From an uncultured Clostridia bacterium (GTDB lineage Bacteria; Bacillota; Clostridia; Oscillospirales; Ruminococcaceae), in the NCBI GenBank assembly GCA_937899435.1, contig CALBQG010000027.1, positions 4,139 through 68,138 of the forward strand: a stretch of 64,000 nucleotides of DNA, in the 5' to 3' direction. Numbering within the stretch: the stretch's first letter is position 1; each line of letters starts with the position of its first letter. Below are positions 18,550 to 29,076 of this stretch, piece after piece. The translations under genes were made by a program, and so were the position numbers. The notes beneath the pieces were generated by a model. It was not told the DNA's origin and did no database searches. It worked only from the letters and a program-made list of their open reading frames with translations.

Positions 18550-20178
18550 ATGTTTTGTTATCAATGTGAACAAACCGCCGGATGCGGCGGTTGTACGGGG
18601 GCCGCAGGGGTCTGCGGGAAAACGGCGAAAAAGGGGGGGGCGCGGGGGGGCTGCGGAAAATCGGCGAAAGTGGCGGCGCTGCAGGACGAATTGACGGGTG
18701 CGCTGATCGGGCTTGCCCGCGCGACGGACGGAAACGAGACGGAAGTGACGGCGCAGACGTGGCGGCTGATGATCGAGGGGCTTTTCACCACGGTCACCAA
18801 TGTCAACTTCAATGAACAGACGATCTCGGAGCAGATTCGCCGTGTGCGCGAAGAAAAGAACCGCCTGATTCCGCACTGCGCGTGCTGTGCTTCCCCTTGC
18901 GAGAGAAACGGGGATTATGAGATGCAGAATCTGTGGAACGCACAGGAGGATGTGAGAAGTCTCAAATCGCTGATCCTGTTCGGTGTGCGCGGAATGGCGG
19001 CGTATGCACATCATGCGATGGTGTTGGGATATTCGGATGAGGAAGTGAACCGCTTTTTTGCAAAAGCGCTGTTCACGGTCGGCGAGGAACTGTCTATGGA
19101 GGAACTGCTGCCGACGGTGATGGAAGTCGGCGAAAAGAATCTCCGCTGTATGGAGCTTCTGGATCGGGCAAACACGCAGTCGTACGGCAATCCTGAACCG
19201 ACCGCGGTGCCGTTGAAGGTAGAAAAAGGTCCGTTTATTGTGATCACCGGTCACGATCTGCATGATCTGAAGCTGCTGCTGGAGCAAACGCAGGGCAAGG
19301 GAATTTCCGTGTACACTCACGGGGAAATGCTCCCGGCACACGGATATCCCGAACTGAAAAAATATCCTCATCTGAAAGGAAATTACGGCACGGCGTGGCA
19401 GAACCAGCAGAAGGAATTTGCTGATCTTCCGGCTCCGATCCTGTTTACCACCAACTGCCTGATGCCGCCGAAGGAAAGTTATGCCGACCGTGTGTTCACC
19501 ACGGCGTTGGTGTCCTATCCCGAAATGGTGCATATCGGGGAGGACAAGGATTTTTCGCCGGTGATTGAAAAGGCGTTGGCGCTGGGCGGATACGCCGAGG
19601 ATCGGGAGTTCTGCGGAATCAACGGCGGAAAGACGCTCACTACGGGATTTGCCCGCAATGCGGTTCTGCGGGAAGCGGGAACAATCGTGGATGCGGTCAA
19701 ACGCGGAGAGATCCGCCACTTCTTCCTTGTGGGCGGCTGTGACGGTGCCCGTGCGGGAAGAAACTATTATACCGAGTTCGTCAGACAAACGCCGTCGGAC
19801 AGTGTGGTGCTGACATTGGCGTGCGGAAAATACCGATTCAATGACCTTGATCTGAAAACCGTGGCGGGACTGCCGCGGCTGATGGATATCGGACAGTGCA
19901 ACGACGCGTACAGTGCCATTCGGATTGCCGTGGCACTTGCCGAGGCGTTCGGGTGCGGCGTGAATGATCTGCCGCTTTCGATGGTGCTGTCGTGGTACGA
20001 GCAGAAGGCGGTCTGCATTCTGTTGACGCTGCTGCATCTCGGAATCAAAAACATCCGTCTCGGACCGACGCTTCCGGCGTTTTTGTCGCCGAATGTACTT
20101 CGGTATCTGACGGAGAATTTCGGGATCGCTCCGATCACGACGCCGCAGGAAGACCTGAAAACGCTTCTGAATCGATAA
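18550..20178 (+). CDS. hcp: Hybrid cluster protein / hydroxylamine reductase
   Basis: N-terminal MFCYQCEQT Cys cluster and family-typical GHDL, TNC and GGCDG segments. It contains an apparent 13-codon N-terminal insertion (see finding). Confidence 0.9.
   Translation: MFCYQCEQTAGCGGCTGAAGVCGKTAKKGGARGGCGKSAKVAALQDELTGALIGLARATDGNETEVTAQTWRLMIEGLFTTVTNVNFNEQTISEQIRRVREEKNRLIPHCACCASPCERNGDYEMQNLWNAQEDVRSLKSLILFGVRGMAAYAHHAMVLGYSDEEVNRFFAKALFTVGEELSMEELLPTVMEVGEKNLRCMELLDRANTQSYGNPEPTAVPLKVEKGPFIVITGHDLHDLKLLLEQTQGKGISVYTHGEMLPAHGYPELKKYPHLKGNYGTAWQNQQKEFADLPAPILFTTNCLMPPKESYADRVFTTALVSYPEMVHIGEDKDFSPVIEKALALGGYAEDREFCGINGGKTLTTGFARNAVLREAGTIVDAVKRGEIRHFFLVGGCDGARAGRNYYTEFVRQTPSDSVVLTLACGKYRFNDLDLKTVAGLPRLMDIGQCNDAYSAIRIAVALAEAFGCGVNDLPLSMVLSWYEQKAVCILLTLLHLGIKNIRLGPTLPAFLSPNVLRYLTENFGIAPITTPQEDLKTLLNR
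18612..18669 (+). repeat. Imperfect 39-nt in-frame tandem duplication with G8 and G7 homopolymers inside hcp
   Basis: ctgcgggaaaacggcgaaa (18612-18630) recurs as ctgcggaaaatcggcgaaa (18651-18669). G8 lies at 18633-18640 and G7 at 18644-18650. Confidence 0.7.
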
Positions 20179-20183
20179 ACCCG

Positions 20184-20211
20184 AACGGGCAGGAGAAATC
20201 CTGCCCGTTTT
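20184..20211. terminator. Terminator between convergent hcp and ytvI
   Basis: A 10-bp stem, aacgggcagg / cctgcccgtt, followed by a T-run. Confidence 0.7.
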
Positions 20212-21289
20212 ACGATTTCCAAAGATGAATCATTCCGTGTTCGTGGAGGTTTTTGAGCAGGATCACCGCCAAAGGCAGGAGGAAAATTCCCCAAAATCCG
20301 AAAGCCTTCAGCCCGACGTAAAAACAAATGAGCGAGGTCAGCGGGGTCAACCCGATCTGCTTGCCGACGATTTTCGGTTCAAGAAAATTTCGTGCCAGCG
20401 TCATGACCAGATACAGCACGGAAAGCCCGACCGCCAGCAGAAAATCGTGCCGGAGCAGGCAAATGCCGATCCACGGAAGCAGAATGAGGCTCAGCCCGAT
20501 GAGCGGCAGAAAGTCGAGAAAGGCAATCAGCAGCGCCTTGAACGCGGGATTTTCTATGTGCAGAATCCAGAACCCGAGCAGCAGCTCCCCGAAGGTGATC
20601 AGCATGAGAATCAGATAGCCTTTGAGCATCTTGAAAAGCGAACCGAAAAGAAACGCCTTGGAGGCGGAGAGAATTTCGCGCAGCTTCGGCGAAAGCTGTT
20701 TGTAGATCATGCCCGTGATGCGGCGGTAGTTGGTGCCGATGAACAACGAAGAAAGCACCGAAAAGAAAAGTCCGAGCAGGACATCCGGCGTGCCGGTAAT
20801 CAGCTTTCCCGCAAATTCCACCGCGCTTCCCGACCAGTCGCTGATGACGGCGGAAAGATTCTGTATCAGCGAGGCGGTGATTTCTTCGGTGCCGGTCTGA
20901 AATTGAGGAGCAATGACGGAAATTTTGTTTTCCACCCAGTCGCGTATTTGCCCGATGAGCGGGAGAATCCGTTCGCTGTAAAGCTCCGGCAGCGTCTCCA
21001 CAAACCCTCGCGAGGCTTCGATCCCTTTCAGAACGCCGAAAATCAGCAAGCCGAGCAAGGCGGCATAGAGAAGCAGCGCCAGTGCGGCAAAGCAGATTTT
21101 TTGATTCATTTTGCTTAAAGCCGCCATTTTTTCGCTGACGGGAAACAGCAGCGCGGCAATGGCAAAGCCGATCAGAAACGGCAGAAACCACGGCAGAGCG
21201 TAGCGGATCGCCAAAAAAGCGGCGGCAGCCAGAATCAAAAAATACAGGAGATTGATCAGTAACTCTTTTCTTTGTGAACTTGTCATAGT
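20210..21289 (-). CDS. ytvI: AI-2E family transporter / sporulation integral membrane protein YtvI-like
   Basis: Polytopic membrane protein with AI-2E (PerM) family topology. I chose the start at MTSSQRKE. The tracked ORF extends to 21400. Confidence 0.7.
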   Translation of the reverse strand, partial: TMTSSQRKELLINLLYFLILAAAAFLAIRYALPWFLPFLIGFAIAALLFPVSEKMAALSKMNQKICFAALALLLYAALLGLLIFGVLKGIEASRGFVETLPELYSERILPLIGQIRDWVENKISVIAPQFQTGTEEITASLIQNLSAVISDWSGSAVEFAGKLITGTPDVLLGLFFSVLSSLFIGTNYRRITGMIYKQLSPKLREILSASKAFLFGSLFKMLKGYLILMLITFGELLLGFWILHIENPAFKALLIAFLDFLPLIGLSLILLPWIGICLLRHDFLLAVGLSVLYLVMTLARNFLEPKIVGKQIGLTPLTSLICFYVGLKAFGFWGIFLLPLAVILLKNLHEHGMIHLWKS

Positions 21290-21371
21290 CACTCCGTCGG
21301 TTGTTTTTTGATAGTATGAGGCAAAAATTTTGTAAAAATACGGTTTTGACTCTTGCAAAAACAGAAAAAGT

Positions 21372-21863
21372 ATGATAAAATGTTTTCCGTTAGAAAACAT
21401 CTGTCTTTGTGAGGTGGAATTTACGGACGAGAAAAATTACATTCTGGTGCGGGCGGATATGCTGCCGCCGATTTTTCAAAAAGTGTGCGAGGCAAAAGAG
21501 ATGCTGGCGCGCCATGAAGCAAAAAACGCCTCCGATGCCGCCAAAATGCTGGGAATTTCCCGCAGCGCTTTTTATAAGTACAAGGACGGGGTTTTCCGTT
21601 ACGATGAGATGAAGTCGGACGGAATCACCACGATTTCGCTGAACCTGATTGACCGTGCCGGTGTGCTGGCGGCGGTGATCGCCAAGCTGTACGAAATCGG
21701 CGCGAATATTCTGACCATCAATCAGAACATTCCGATGAATATGGTGGCACCGGTGACAATCACCGTGAAAACCGACGAAACCAATCCGGAATACATTACG
21801 CGTCAGCTGTCGCAGATCGACGGTGTGGTGAATGCCGAAACGTATTCCCGCAGTATACTGTAA
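21372..21863 (+). CDS. ACT domain protein, UPF0735 (PheB-like) family
   Basis: N-terminal YILVRADMLPPIFQKVCEAKEML ... ISRSAFYKYKD (HTH-like) followed by an ACT domain. The exact start is uncertain. Confidence 0.7.
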   Translation: MIKCFPLENICLCEVEFTDEKNYILVRADMLPPIFQKVCEAKEMLARHEAKNASDAAKMLGISRSAFYKYKDGVFRYDEMKSDGITTISLNLIDRAGVLAAVIAKLYEIGANILTINQNIPMNMVAPVTITVKTDETNPEYITRQLSQIDGVVNAETYSRSIL

Positions 21864-21873
21864 GGAGGATCAC

Positions 21874-23064
21874 ATGAAGAAAATAGCCGTCATGGGACAT
21901 GGCGTCGTGGGAAGCGGCGTTTGCGAACTGATGATGAAAAATGCCGCCGTTATCGAAAAACGGTGCCGCGAAAAACTGGAGATCAAGTATATTCTGGACT
22001 TGCGCAGCTTTGACGGGCTGTCGTATGCGCAGAAGTTTATTCACGATTTCGACCTGCTGGTCAATGACCCGGAAGTGTCGATTGTAGTGGAAGTGATGGG
22101 CGGTGTGGAACCCGCGTATTCCTACGCGAAGGCTTGTCTGGAACGCGGAAAAAGCGTGGTGACGTCCAATAAAGCGCTGGTGGCGGCAAAGGGAACGGAG
22201 CTGCTGAAGATCGCGCAGGAACATCATGTTGCGTTTTTGTTTGAAGCCGCCGTCGGCGGCGGAATTCCGATTATTCAGCCGCTGTGTACCGCACTCAATG
22301 CCAATCGGGTTACACAGGTGGCGGGAATTCTCAACGGTACGACGAATTTCATTCTGACGAAAATGATCCGTGAGCGGGAGTCTTTTGAAAAAGCACTTAA
22401 AACCGCACAGGAACTCGGCTATGCCGAGCGTGATCCCTCCGCTGATGTGGAAGGGATGGATGCCTGCCGCAAAATCTGCATTCTGGCGTCGCTGGTATTC
22501 GGACACGAATTTTCTCCGGAAACGGTGAAAACCGAAGGAATCACCGCAATCACCGATGAGGATGTCCGTGCGGCGGAAGCTCTCGGATACGTGATCAAAC
22601 TGATCGGACAGGCAAAGAAGGTCGGCGAAAAAGTGTCGCTGATTGTGGCGCCGATGCTGGTTGCGAAAAATCATCCGCTCGCTTCGGTCGAGGACGTATT
22701 CAACAGTATTCTGGTGCACGGAGATGCGGTGGGAGATGCGATGTTCTACGGCGCGGGCGCGGGAAAATTCCCGACGGCTTCGGCTGTCGTGTCCGACGTC
22801 ATGAATGCGGCGGTCGGAAATTTCTATACGGAGTCCATGGCATGGAAAGAAACGGATCCGAAATTGCAGCTTTCGCATGAGGAGCGGGTAAGCGCGTTCA
22901 TGCTGCGTACCGAGGATTCCCTGCCGGAAGATGTGGCGGCAAGAAAGGTTTCCGGTGCGGTGCTGACGAATCCGATCAGCGAAGCGCGGGTACAGCAGCT
23001 GAAAAAAGAAGCCCGTATTGCTTCTGCCGTGTGCGTGTTTTCCGCGGAGGACGACCATGATTAA
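21874..23064 (+). CDS. hom: Homoserine dehydrogenase
   Basis: KIAVMGHGVVGSG Rossmann motif, SNKALVA, and a C-terminal ACT-like region. AGGAGG lies upstream of the ATG at 21874. Confidence 0.92.
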   Translation: MKKIAVMGHGVVGSGVCELMMKNAAVIEKRCREKLEIKYILDLRSFDGLSYAQKFIHDFDLLVNDPEVSIVVEVMGGVEPAYSYAKACLERGKSVVTSNKALVAAKGTELLKIAQEHHVAFLFEAAVGGGIPIIQPLCTALNANRVTQVAGILNGTTNFILTKMIRERESFEKALKTAQELGYAERDPSADVEGMDACRKICILASLVFGHEFSPETVKTEGITAITDEDVRAAEALGYVIKLIGQAKKVGEKVSLIVAPMLVAKNHPLASVEDVFNSILVHGDAVGDAMFYGAGAGKFPTASAVVSDVMNAAVGNFYTESMAWKETDPKLQLSHEERVSAFMLRTEDSLPEDVAARKVSGAVLTNPISEARVQQLKKEARIASAVCVFSAEDDHD

Positions 23065-23944
23065 AATACGTGTACCGGCGACCAGCGCCAACCTCGGATC
23101 GGGATTCGATTGTCTGGGAGTTGCCCTGGATTTATACAACAATATGTATATGGAAGAATATGATGGTATAGACATTTCCTCGTTGGATGATACGCCGATT
23201 CCGACCAATGAACATAATCTGGTCTATCAGACAGTGAAACGTCTGTATGAAGAATGTGGGAAACCGTTTCCCGGACTGCGTCTGCAACAGGAAAACAAGA
23301 TTCCGATGGCGCGCGGATTGGGAAGCAGCTCGGCGTGCATCGCCGGAGCCCTGGTCGGTGCGAATTATCTGCTTCACGAACCGCTGTCCAAACAGGAGCT
23401 GCTGAACCTGGCGGCAACACTGGAGGGACATCCCGACAATTCCACTCCGGCGATTCTCGGAGGATTCACAGCTTCGGTGTTTGACGGAAAAACCGTACAC
23501 TGGGTGCAGAAGCCGATGGATGACACGCTGTCCTTTGTCGCCTTCATTCCGAATTTTCCGCTGAAAACTTCCGTGGCACGGGCGGCACTTCCGAAAACCG
23601 TTGACCATAAGGACGCGGTGTATAACCTGTCCCGTGCAGCGCTGACCGCTGCGTCGCTGTTTTCGGGAAAATATGAAAATCTGGCAGTGTCTATGAGTGA
23701 TAAATTGCATCAGCCGTACCGTTTGCCATTGATTCGCGGCGCGCGGGAGGTATTTGAACTGTCCGCTTCGCTTGGGGCTTTGACTACTTATCTCAGCGGT
23801 GCGGGATCCACGATCATGTCCGTGGTTGAAAAGGACGGCGAGGCTTTTGTCGGAAACGCCCGCCGGAAAATGGGAGAATACGGACTGAAAGAGTGGAACC
23901 CGGTGCTTTTGAAAGCGGATAATACAGGAACAACCGTTTATTGA
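23057..23944 (+). CDS. thrB: Homoserine kinase
   Basis: VPATSANLGSGFD and the GHMP kinase motif PMARGLGSSSA. Overlaps the hom stop by 8 nt. Confidence 0.93.
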   Translation: MIKIRVPATSANLGSGFDCLGVALDLYNNMYMEEYDGIDISSLDDTPIPTNEHNLVYQTVKRLYEECGKPFPGLRLQQENKIPMARGLGSSSACIAGALVGANYLLHEPLSKQELLNLAATLEGHPDNSTPAILGGFTASVFDGKTVHWVQKPMDDTLSFVAFIPNFPLKTSVARAALPKTVDHKDAVYNLSRAALTAASLFSGKYENLAVSMSDKLHQPYRLPLIRGAREVFELSASLGALTTYLSGAGSTIMSVVEKDGEAFVGNARRKMGEYGLKEWNPVLLKADNTGTTVY

Positions 23945-23960
23945 TCTTGGAGGTAACCCT

Positions 23961-25157
23961 ATGAGCCTGATTGTACAAAAATTCGGCGGAAGTTCGGTGG
24001 CAAACGCCGAACGCTTGTTTAATGTCGCCCGCATTATCTCGGATACTTATAACCAAAAGAACAGCGTGGTCGTGGTCGTTTCCGCGCAGGGAGATACTAC
24101 CGACGAGCTGATTGAAAAAGCGATGGAAATCAATCCGCATCCTTCCAAACGGGAAATGGATGCCCTGCTGTCCACGGGAGAGCAGATTTCCGCGTCACTG
24201 TTGGCAATGGCACTGGAAAAACTCGGCTATCCGGTGATTTCTCTGACCGGTTGGCAGGCGGGATTCCATACCGACACCAATCACGGCGCGTCCCGCATTA
24301 AGGACGTGCAGGCGGAGAGAATCGAAAACGAGCTTGCCAAAAACAATATCGTCATCGTCACAGGATTCCAGGGAATCAACCGCTACGATGACATTACCAC
24401 GCTCGGACGCGGCGGGTCGGACACCAGCGCCGTGGCGATTGCCGCCGTGCTGAAGGCGGATCTTTGCCAGATCTATACCGATGTGGACGGTGTATATACC
24501 GCCGATCCCCGCAAGGTGAAGAATGCGAAAAAGCTCGATGAAATCACCTTTGACGAAATGCTGGAATTGGCAACGCTCGGCGCGCAGGTGCTGCATAACC
24601 GATCGGTCGAAATGGCGAAAAAGTATAATGTGAATCTCGAAGTGGTTTCCAGTCTCGAACGAGTACCCGGAACGAAAGTCAAGGAGGTAATCAAAGTGGA
24701 AAAAATGTTGATCAGAGGCGTGACCAGCGACAAAAATGTCGCCCGTATTTCGATTATGGAACTTCCGGACAGCCCCGGTATTGCGTTTAAAATCTTCTCG
24801 GCGCTGGCGTCCAGACGGATCGATGTCGATATCATTCTTCAGTCGATCGGACGCAATAATACGAAGGATATCAGCTTCACGGTCTCCAAGGATAATAAGG
24901 ATCTTGCAATCGAAGTGCTCCATTCGGTCATTCCCAACGCTTCGGTCACCTGCAACGATCAGATTTCCAAGGTGTCGATCGTCGGTGCGGGAATGCAGTC
25001 GAATCCCGGCGTGGCAGCAAAGATGTTTGAGGCACTGGCAGATGCCAATATCAATATCCAGATGATCTCGACCAGTGAGATCAAACTGTCGGTGCTGATT
25101 GATCAAAAAGACACCGACCGTGCCGTCCAGGTAATCCATGAGGCGTTCATCGGATAA
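23961..25157 (+). CDS. Aspartate kinase
   Basis: VQKFGGSSV N-terminus, GRGGSDTSA, and two C-terminal ACT domains. Confidence 0.93.
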   Translation: MSLIVQKFGGSSVANAERLFNVARIISDTYNQKNSVVVVVSAQGDTTDELIEKAMEINPHPSKREMDALLSTGEQISASLLAMALEKLGYPVISLTGWQAGFHTDTNHGASRIKDVQAERIENELAKNNIVIVTGFQGINRYDDITTLGRGGSDTSAVAIAAVLKADLCQIYTDVDGVYTADPRKVKNAKKLDEITFDEMLELATLGAQVLHNRSVEMAKKYNVNLEVVSSLERVPGTKVKEVIKVEKMLIRGVTSDKNVARISIMELPDSPGIAFKIFSALASRRIDVDIILQSIGRNNTKDISFTVSKDNKDLAIEVLHSVIPNASVTCNDQISKVSIVGAGMQSNPGVAAKMFEALADANINIQMISTSEIKLSVLIDQKDTDRAVQVIHEAFIG

Positions 25158-25184
25158 ATTTTTTCAAAATCCGAAAAATAATGC

Positions 25185-25213
25185 TTGCATATTGGAAAAC
25201 CCTGTGTTATAAT
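25185..25213 (+). promoter_or_regulatory. Sigma-A promoter upstream of rplS
   Basis: TTGCAT, a 17-nt spacer, then TATAAT, followed by a leader of about 130 nt. Confidence 0.6.
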
Positions 25214-25345
25214 ATATAAGCATTTGTATGCCGCTCGCCGAAAGACGGGTGGGGGTTAATGACAATCCCCGTGATTGCACATTAAAGCGGACAGTCCTCT
25301 GCCACGAGATGGGAATGAATGTCTGAAAATTAAGGAGGAACAAAC

Positions 25346-25690
25346 ATGGACGCACTGAAACTGATTGCTCAGGAAAGCGTAAAGAAAGAAATCCCGGCTT
25401 TTGAAGTCGGCGACACTGTCAGAGTACAGGTCAGAATCAAAGAAGGAGATAAGGAAAGACTTCAGGCTTTTGAAGGAACCGTGATTGCGAAAAAGCACGG
25501 CGGCGTTGCCGAAACCTTCACCGTTCGCCGCGTGTCTTACGGCGTCGGCGTGGAGAGAGTTTTCCCGGTACATTCTCCGAATGTTGACAGCGTGACTGTG
25601 GTGAGAAAGGGTAAAGTTCGCAGAAGCAAGCTCTATTACCTCAGAAACAGAGTCGGTAAGGCAGCCAAAGTTAAAGGCCTTATTAAATAA
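25346..25690 (+). CDS. rplS: 50S ribosomal protein L19
   Basis: The 114-aa protein has [23 protein letters not shown] and [10 protein letters not shown]. Confidence 0.97.
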   Translation: MDALKLIAQESVKKEIPAFEVGDTVRVQVRIKEGDKERLQAFEGTVIAKKHGGVAETFTVRRVSYGVGVERVFPVHSPNVDSVTVVRKGKVRRSKLYYLRNRVGKAAKVKGLIK

Positions 25691-25776
25691 TCGAACAGAT
25701 TACATTCAGGTTGTCTTGAAAACATGGCGTGCTGTGTTTTTATGACAACCTTTTCTTTTCATAACGGAGGGATTGT

Positions 25777-26328
25777 ATGGAAAACGAGGCAAAAATCGCA
25801 AAGAGAAAAAAACTTCGGGACGATGCGTTTGACTGGGTGTTTGAAATTGTGTTGGCACTGGTGGTGCTGCTGCTGGTGTTCACGTTTTCCGTCCGTACGG
25901 TGGACGTGTTCGGAAAATCCATGAATCCCACGCTGTATCAGGGAGAAAAGCTGCTGATCAACCGCCTGTTTTATCAGCCGAAATGCGGCGATATCGTGGT
26001 GGTGACCAAGCCCTGCGGCGATGAACCGCTGATTAAACGGGTGATTGCCACGGAAGGACAGGAAATCAATATCGATTTCAATCTGGGCGAAGTGTACGTG
26101 GACGGCGTGAAGCTGGAGGAACCGTATATTATGGAACCGACCCGCCGTCAGGCAGATATGACGTTTCCGCAGACCGTTCCCGAGGGGTGTGTATTTGTCA
26201 TGGGCGATAACCGTATGAACTCCAAGGACAGCCGCTGGGAGATCATCGGAATGGTGGACGAACGGTACATTATGGGCAAGGTGATTCTCCGCCTGACGCC
26301 TTTCACTAAATTCGGAAAGGTCGAGTGA
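25777..26328 (+). CDS. lepB: Signal peptidase I
   Basis: TM anchor, GKSMNPTL (catalytic Ser), IKRVIA (catalytic Lys) and VMGDNRMNSKDSR boxes. Confidence 0.93.
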   Translation: MENEAKIAKRKKLRDDAFDWVFEIVLALVVLLLVFTFSVRTVDVFGKSMNPTLYQGEKLLINRLFYQPKCGDIVVVTKPCGDEPLIKRVIATEGQEINIDFNLGEVYVDGVKLEEPYIMEPTRRQADMTFPQTVPEGCVFVMGDNRMNSKDSRWEIIGMVDERYIMGKVILRLTPFTKFGKVE

Positions 26329-26332
26329 GATT

Positions 26333-27211
26333 GTGAGCCAGAATAAACCGGTGCAGTGGTTTCCCGGGCATATGGCGAAAACACGCCGTATCATGCGGGA
26401 AAATATGAAATATGTGGATGTGGTTGCCGAGGTGCGGGACGCAAGAATCCCGAGAAGCAGCAGCAATCCGGAAATCGAGTCGCTGGTGGGAAAGAAACCG
26501 CGGATTATTCTGCTGAATAAAGCGGATCTTGCCGACCGTAACGTGACGGCACAGTGGATTTCTTATTATCAGAAGAAAAATATCGCGGCGATCGAAACCG
26601 ACAGCCGCAGCGGCAGAGGACTTCAGGCACTGATGCCGACGGTAAAAACGCTGCTGAAGGAAGAACTGGAGCGGCGCAGTGCCCGCGGCATGGAGGGAAA
26701 GGCGATCCGCATGATGATCGTGGGAATCCCGAATGTCGGAAAATCGTCGCTGATCAACCGCCTGGCAAAGACCAAGTGTGCCAAGGTGGAGGATCGTCCG
26801 GGCGTGACGCGCGGAAAGCAGTGGGTGTCGATCGACGGCGGCGTGGAGCTTTTGGATATGCCCGGCGTGCTGTGGCCGAAATTCGAGGACGAGCAGGTGG
26901 GAGAATATCTGGCGTTCACGGGTGCGGTCAAGGACGATATTCTGGATACGGAGTTTCTGGCAATGAAATTGGTCGGCGTGCTTTGTGAACGGTATTTCGA
27001 CCGTGTGGAAAATCGCTTCGGGATTACGCGCGAGGAAATCGAGGGACTGGATCTGTACGATACCATGTGCCTCATCGGAAAAAAACGGGGAATGCTCCTT
27101 TCGGGCGGCGTGGTGAATACCGAACGAACCGCCGCCATGCTGTTGAACGAGTTTCGCGGCGGAGCATTCGGAGCCATTTCGCTGGAAACACCGGAGGACG
27201 CCGATGCTTGA
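26333..27211 (+). CDS. rbgA: Ribosome biogenesis GTPase A (YlqF/RbgA)
   Basis: Circularly permuted GTPase motifs in the order LLNKADL ... [12 protein letters not shown] ... DMPG. Confidence 0.92.
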   Translation: MSQNKPVQWFPGHMAKTRRIMRENMKYVDVVAEVRDARIPRSSSNPEIESLVGKKPRIILLNKADLADRNVTAQWISYYQKKNIAAIETDSRSGRGLQALMPTVKTLLKEELERRSARGMEGKAIRMMIVGIPNVGKSSLINRLAKTKCAKVEDRPGVTRGKQWVSIDGGVELLDMPGVLWPKFEDEQVGEYLAFTGAVKDDILDTEFLAMKLVGVLCERYFDRVENRFGITREEIEGLDLYDTMCLIGKKRGMLLSGGVVNTERTAAMLLNEFRGGAFGAISLETPEDADA

Positions 27212-27812
27212 GTTTTCATTGGAGAAAGAATGCCTTGCAGAAGGATATACCGTCGTTTGCGGTGTGGACGAAGCGGGAAGAGGTCCTTTGGCGGGACCGG
27301 TGGTAGCGGCGGCGGTGATTTTGCCGATTGATGCGAAGATCGAAGGACTCAACGATTCCAAAAAGCTCACCGCGAAACAGCGTGAAAGATTGTATGACGA
27401 GATTTGTAAAACGGCGGCTGCGTGGTCGGTGGCGTATGCCACGGAAAAGGAGATCGACGAGATCAATATCCTGCAAGCCACGTTTCTTGCCATGAAACGG
27501 GCGGTGGCGGGACTGAAGGTGACCCCCGATTTCGTGCTGGTGGACGGAAACCGTCTGCCGACGTGGGACTTTGCGGCAAAAGCAATTGTCAAGGGAGACG
27601 GAAAAAGTCCGTCGATTGCCGCCGCATCCGTGTTGGCAAAGGTCACGCGTGACCGCATCATGGAAGCGCTGGCACAGGAATTCCCGCAATATGAATTTGA
27701 AAAACACAAAGGATATCCGACAAAACTGCATTATCAGAAAATCAAGGAGTACGGAATTTCGCAGGTTCACCGCCTGAGTTTTCTGAAGAATTTGGATCAG
27801 CATGACGATTAA
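27204..27812 (+). CDS. rnhB: Ribonuclease HII
   Basis: [15 protein letters not shown] and DSKKL motifs. Overlaps rbgA. Confidence 0.93.
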   Translation: MLEFSLEKECLAEGYTVVCGVDEAGRGPLAGPVVAAAVILPIDAKIEGLNDSKKLTAKQRERLYDEICKTAAAWSVAYATEKEIDEINILQATFLAMKRAVAGLKVTPDFVLVDGNRLPTWDFAAKAIVKGDGKSPSIAAASVLAKVTRDRIMEALAQEFPQYEFEKHKGYPTKLHYQKIKEYGISQVHRLSFLKNLDQHDD

Positions 27813-28167
27813 ACGGGAAATCGGCGATTTCGGAGAGGATTTCGCCTGTAAAAAGCTCAAACGGCTGGGAATGACCGTGCTGGAACGAAATTTCTCGGCA
27901 GCGTGCGGGGAAATCGACATCATAGCGAAAAAAGACGACATTCTCGCATTTATTGAAGTGAAAACTCGGACGGAGGGCTTTCTGTATGAACCGATTTATG
28001 CGGTCACCCGTCAAAAACAGCAGAAAATCATCCGTACCGCGCAATGCTATCTGATGAAAAATCCCCTGGAACTTCAACCGCGTTTCGATGTGTTCGAGGT
28101 GATCCTCAAAGCGGGAACCAAACACCGCGTGCAGGAATACCATTATATTGAAAACGCTTTTTGGTAA
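27802..28167 (+). CDS. YraN family endonuclease (UPF0102)
   Basis: GEDFACKKL ... GEIDIIA ... FIEVKTR pattern. Conserved position after rnhB. Confidence 0.85.
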   Translation: MTIKREIGDFGEDFACKKLKRLGMTVLERNFSAACGEIDIIAKKDDILAFIEVKTRTEGFLYEPIYAVTRQKQQKIIRTAQCYLMKNPLELQPRFDVFEVILKAGTKHRVQEYHYIENAFW

Positions 28168-28179
28168 GGAGAATGCCGT

Positions 28180-29073
28180 ATGCGCCTGTTCGATCTGCAC
28201 TGTGATACATTGACGTATCTGTGTTACCGCAGCTTGCCTCTCCTGGACGGGGAAGCACAGCTGAATCTTTCCAAAGGACGCTTTCTCGACGCCTGGACGC
28301 AGATGTTGGCGGTGTTTGTGCCGGACGGACTGCGCGGCGCGGAAGCGGTCGCGTATTATGAAAAAAATGTAGCTTACAGGAAGGCACAGCTTTCGTTGAA
28401 TCTCGATTTTCGCCTGCACAACGGGGCGACCCCGCAGCTTCTGCTTTCCGTGGAAAGCGGCGCAGCATTGGGCGGACGGATTGAAAATGTCCGACGGCTG
28501 GCGGAGGACGGCGTGCGGATGATGACGCTCACATGGAACGGCGAAAACGAGTTGGGCTTCGGCAGAAATACCGATCGCGGGCTGAAACCCTTCGGCTTTG
28601 ACGTGTTGCGGGAAATGGAAACCTGCGGGATCGTCGCCGACGTGTCGCATTTGTCCGATAAAGGGTTTGACGATGTGGCGTCGGCTTCCGAAAAACCTTT
28701 CGTGGCAACGCATTCCAACAGCCGCGCGGTGTGCAATCACCCGCGCAATCTCACCGATGAACAATTCGGCACCATCCGTGACCGCGGCGGGCTGGTGGGA
28801 ATCAATTTTTTCGACGAGTTCGTGCTGTCGGACGGCGGCGACTATATGACGGCTTTGCTGAAGCATATCGAACATTTCCTGTCTTTGGGCGGGGAACGGT
28901 GCGTGTGCATCGGCTCGGACTATGACGGCGCACAAATCAACGAATGTCTGGATTCGTTGGATAAACTGCCTCGGCTGTGGGAGGCTCTGCAAAAAATCGG
29001 GTACAGCGACGCGCTGATTGACCGTATTTTTTATCAAAACGCCGCAGACTTTTTTGAAAGAGAAGGGAAGTAA
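28180..29073 (+). CDS. Membrane dipeptidase (peptidase M19 family)
   Basis: DLHCDTL N-terminal metal motif, TLTWNGENE, DVSHLSD and ATHSNSRA. Confidence 0.85.
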   Translation: MRLFDLHCDTLTYLCYRSLPLLDGEAQLNLSKGRFLDAWTQMLAVFVPDGLRGAEAVAYYEKNVAYRKAQLSLNLDFRLHNGATPQLLLSVESGAALGGRIENVRRLAEDGVRMMTLTWNGENELGFGRNTDRGLKPFGFDVLREMETCGIVADVSHLSDKGFDDVASASEKPFVATHSNSRAVCNHPRNLTDEQFGTIRDRGGLVGINFFDEFVLSDGGDYMTALLKHIEHFLSLGGERCVCIGSDYDGAQINECLDSLDKLPRLWEALQKIGYSDALIDRIFYQNAADFFEREGK

Positions 29074-29076
29074 ACG

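Noticed and set aside
25214-25345. A structured leader of about 130 nt between the rplS promoter and the start codon, a possible L19 autoregulatory leader.
   Set aside because: This is plausible by position, but I cannot reproduce the family consensus from memory and could not find a convincing conserved fold by eye. It is left unannotated.
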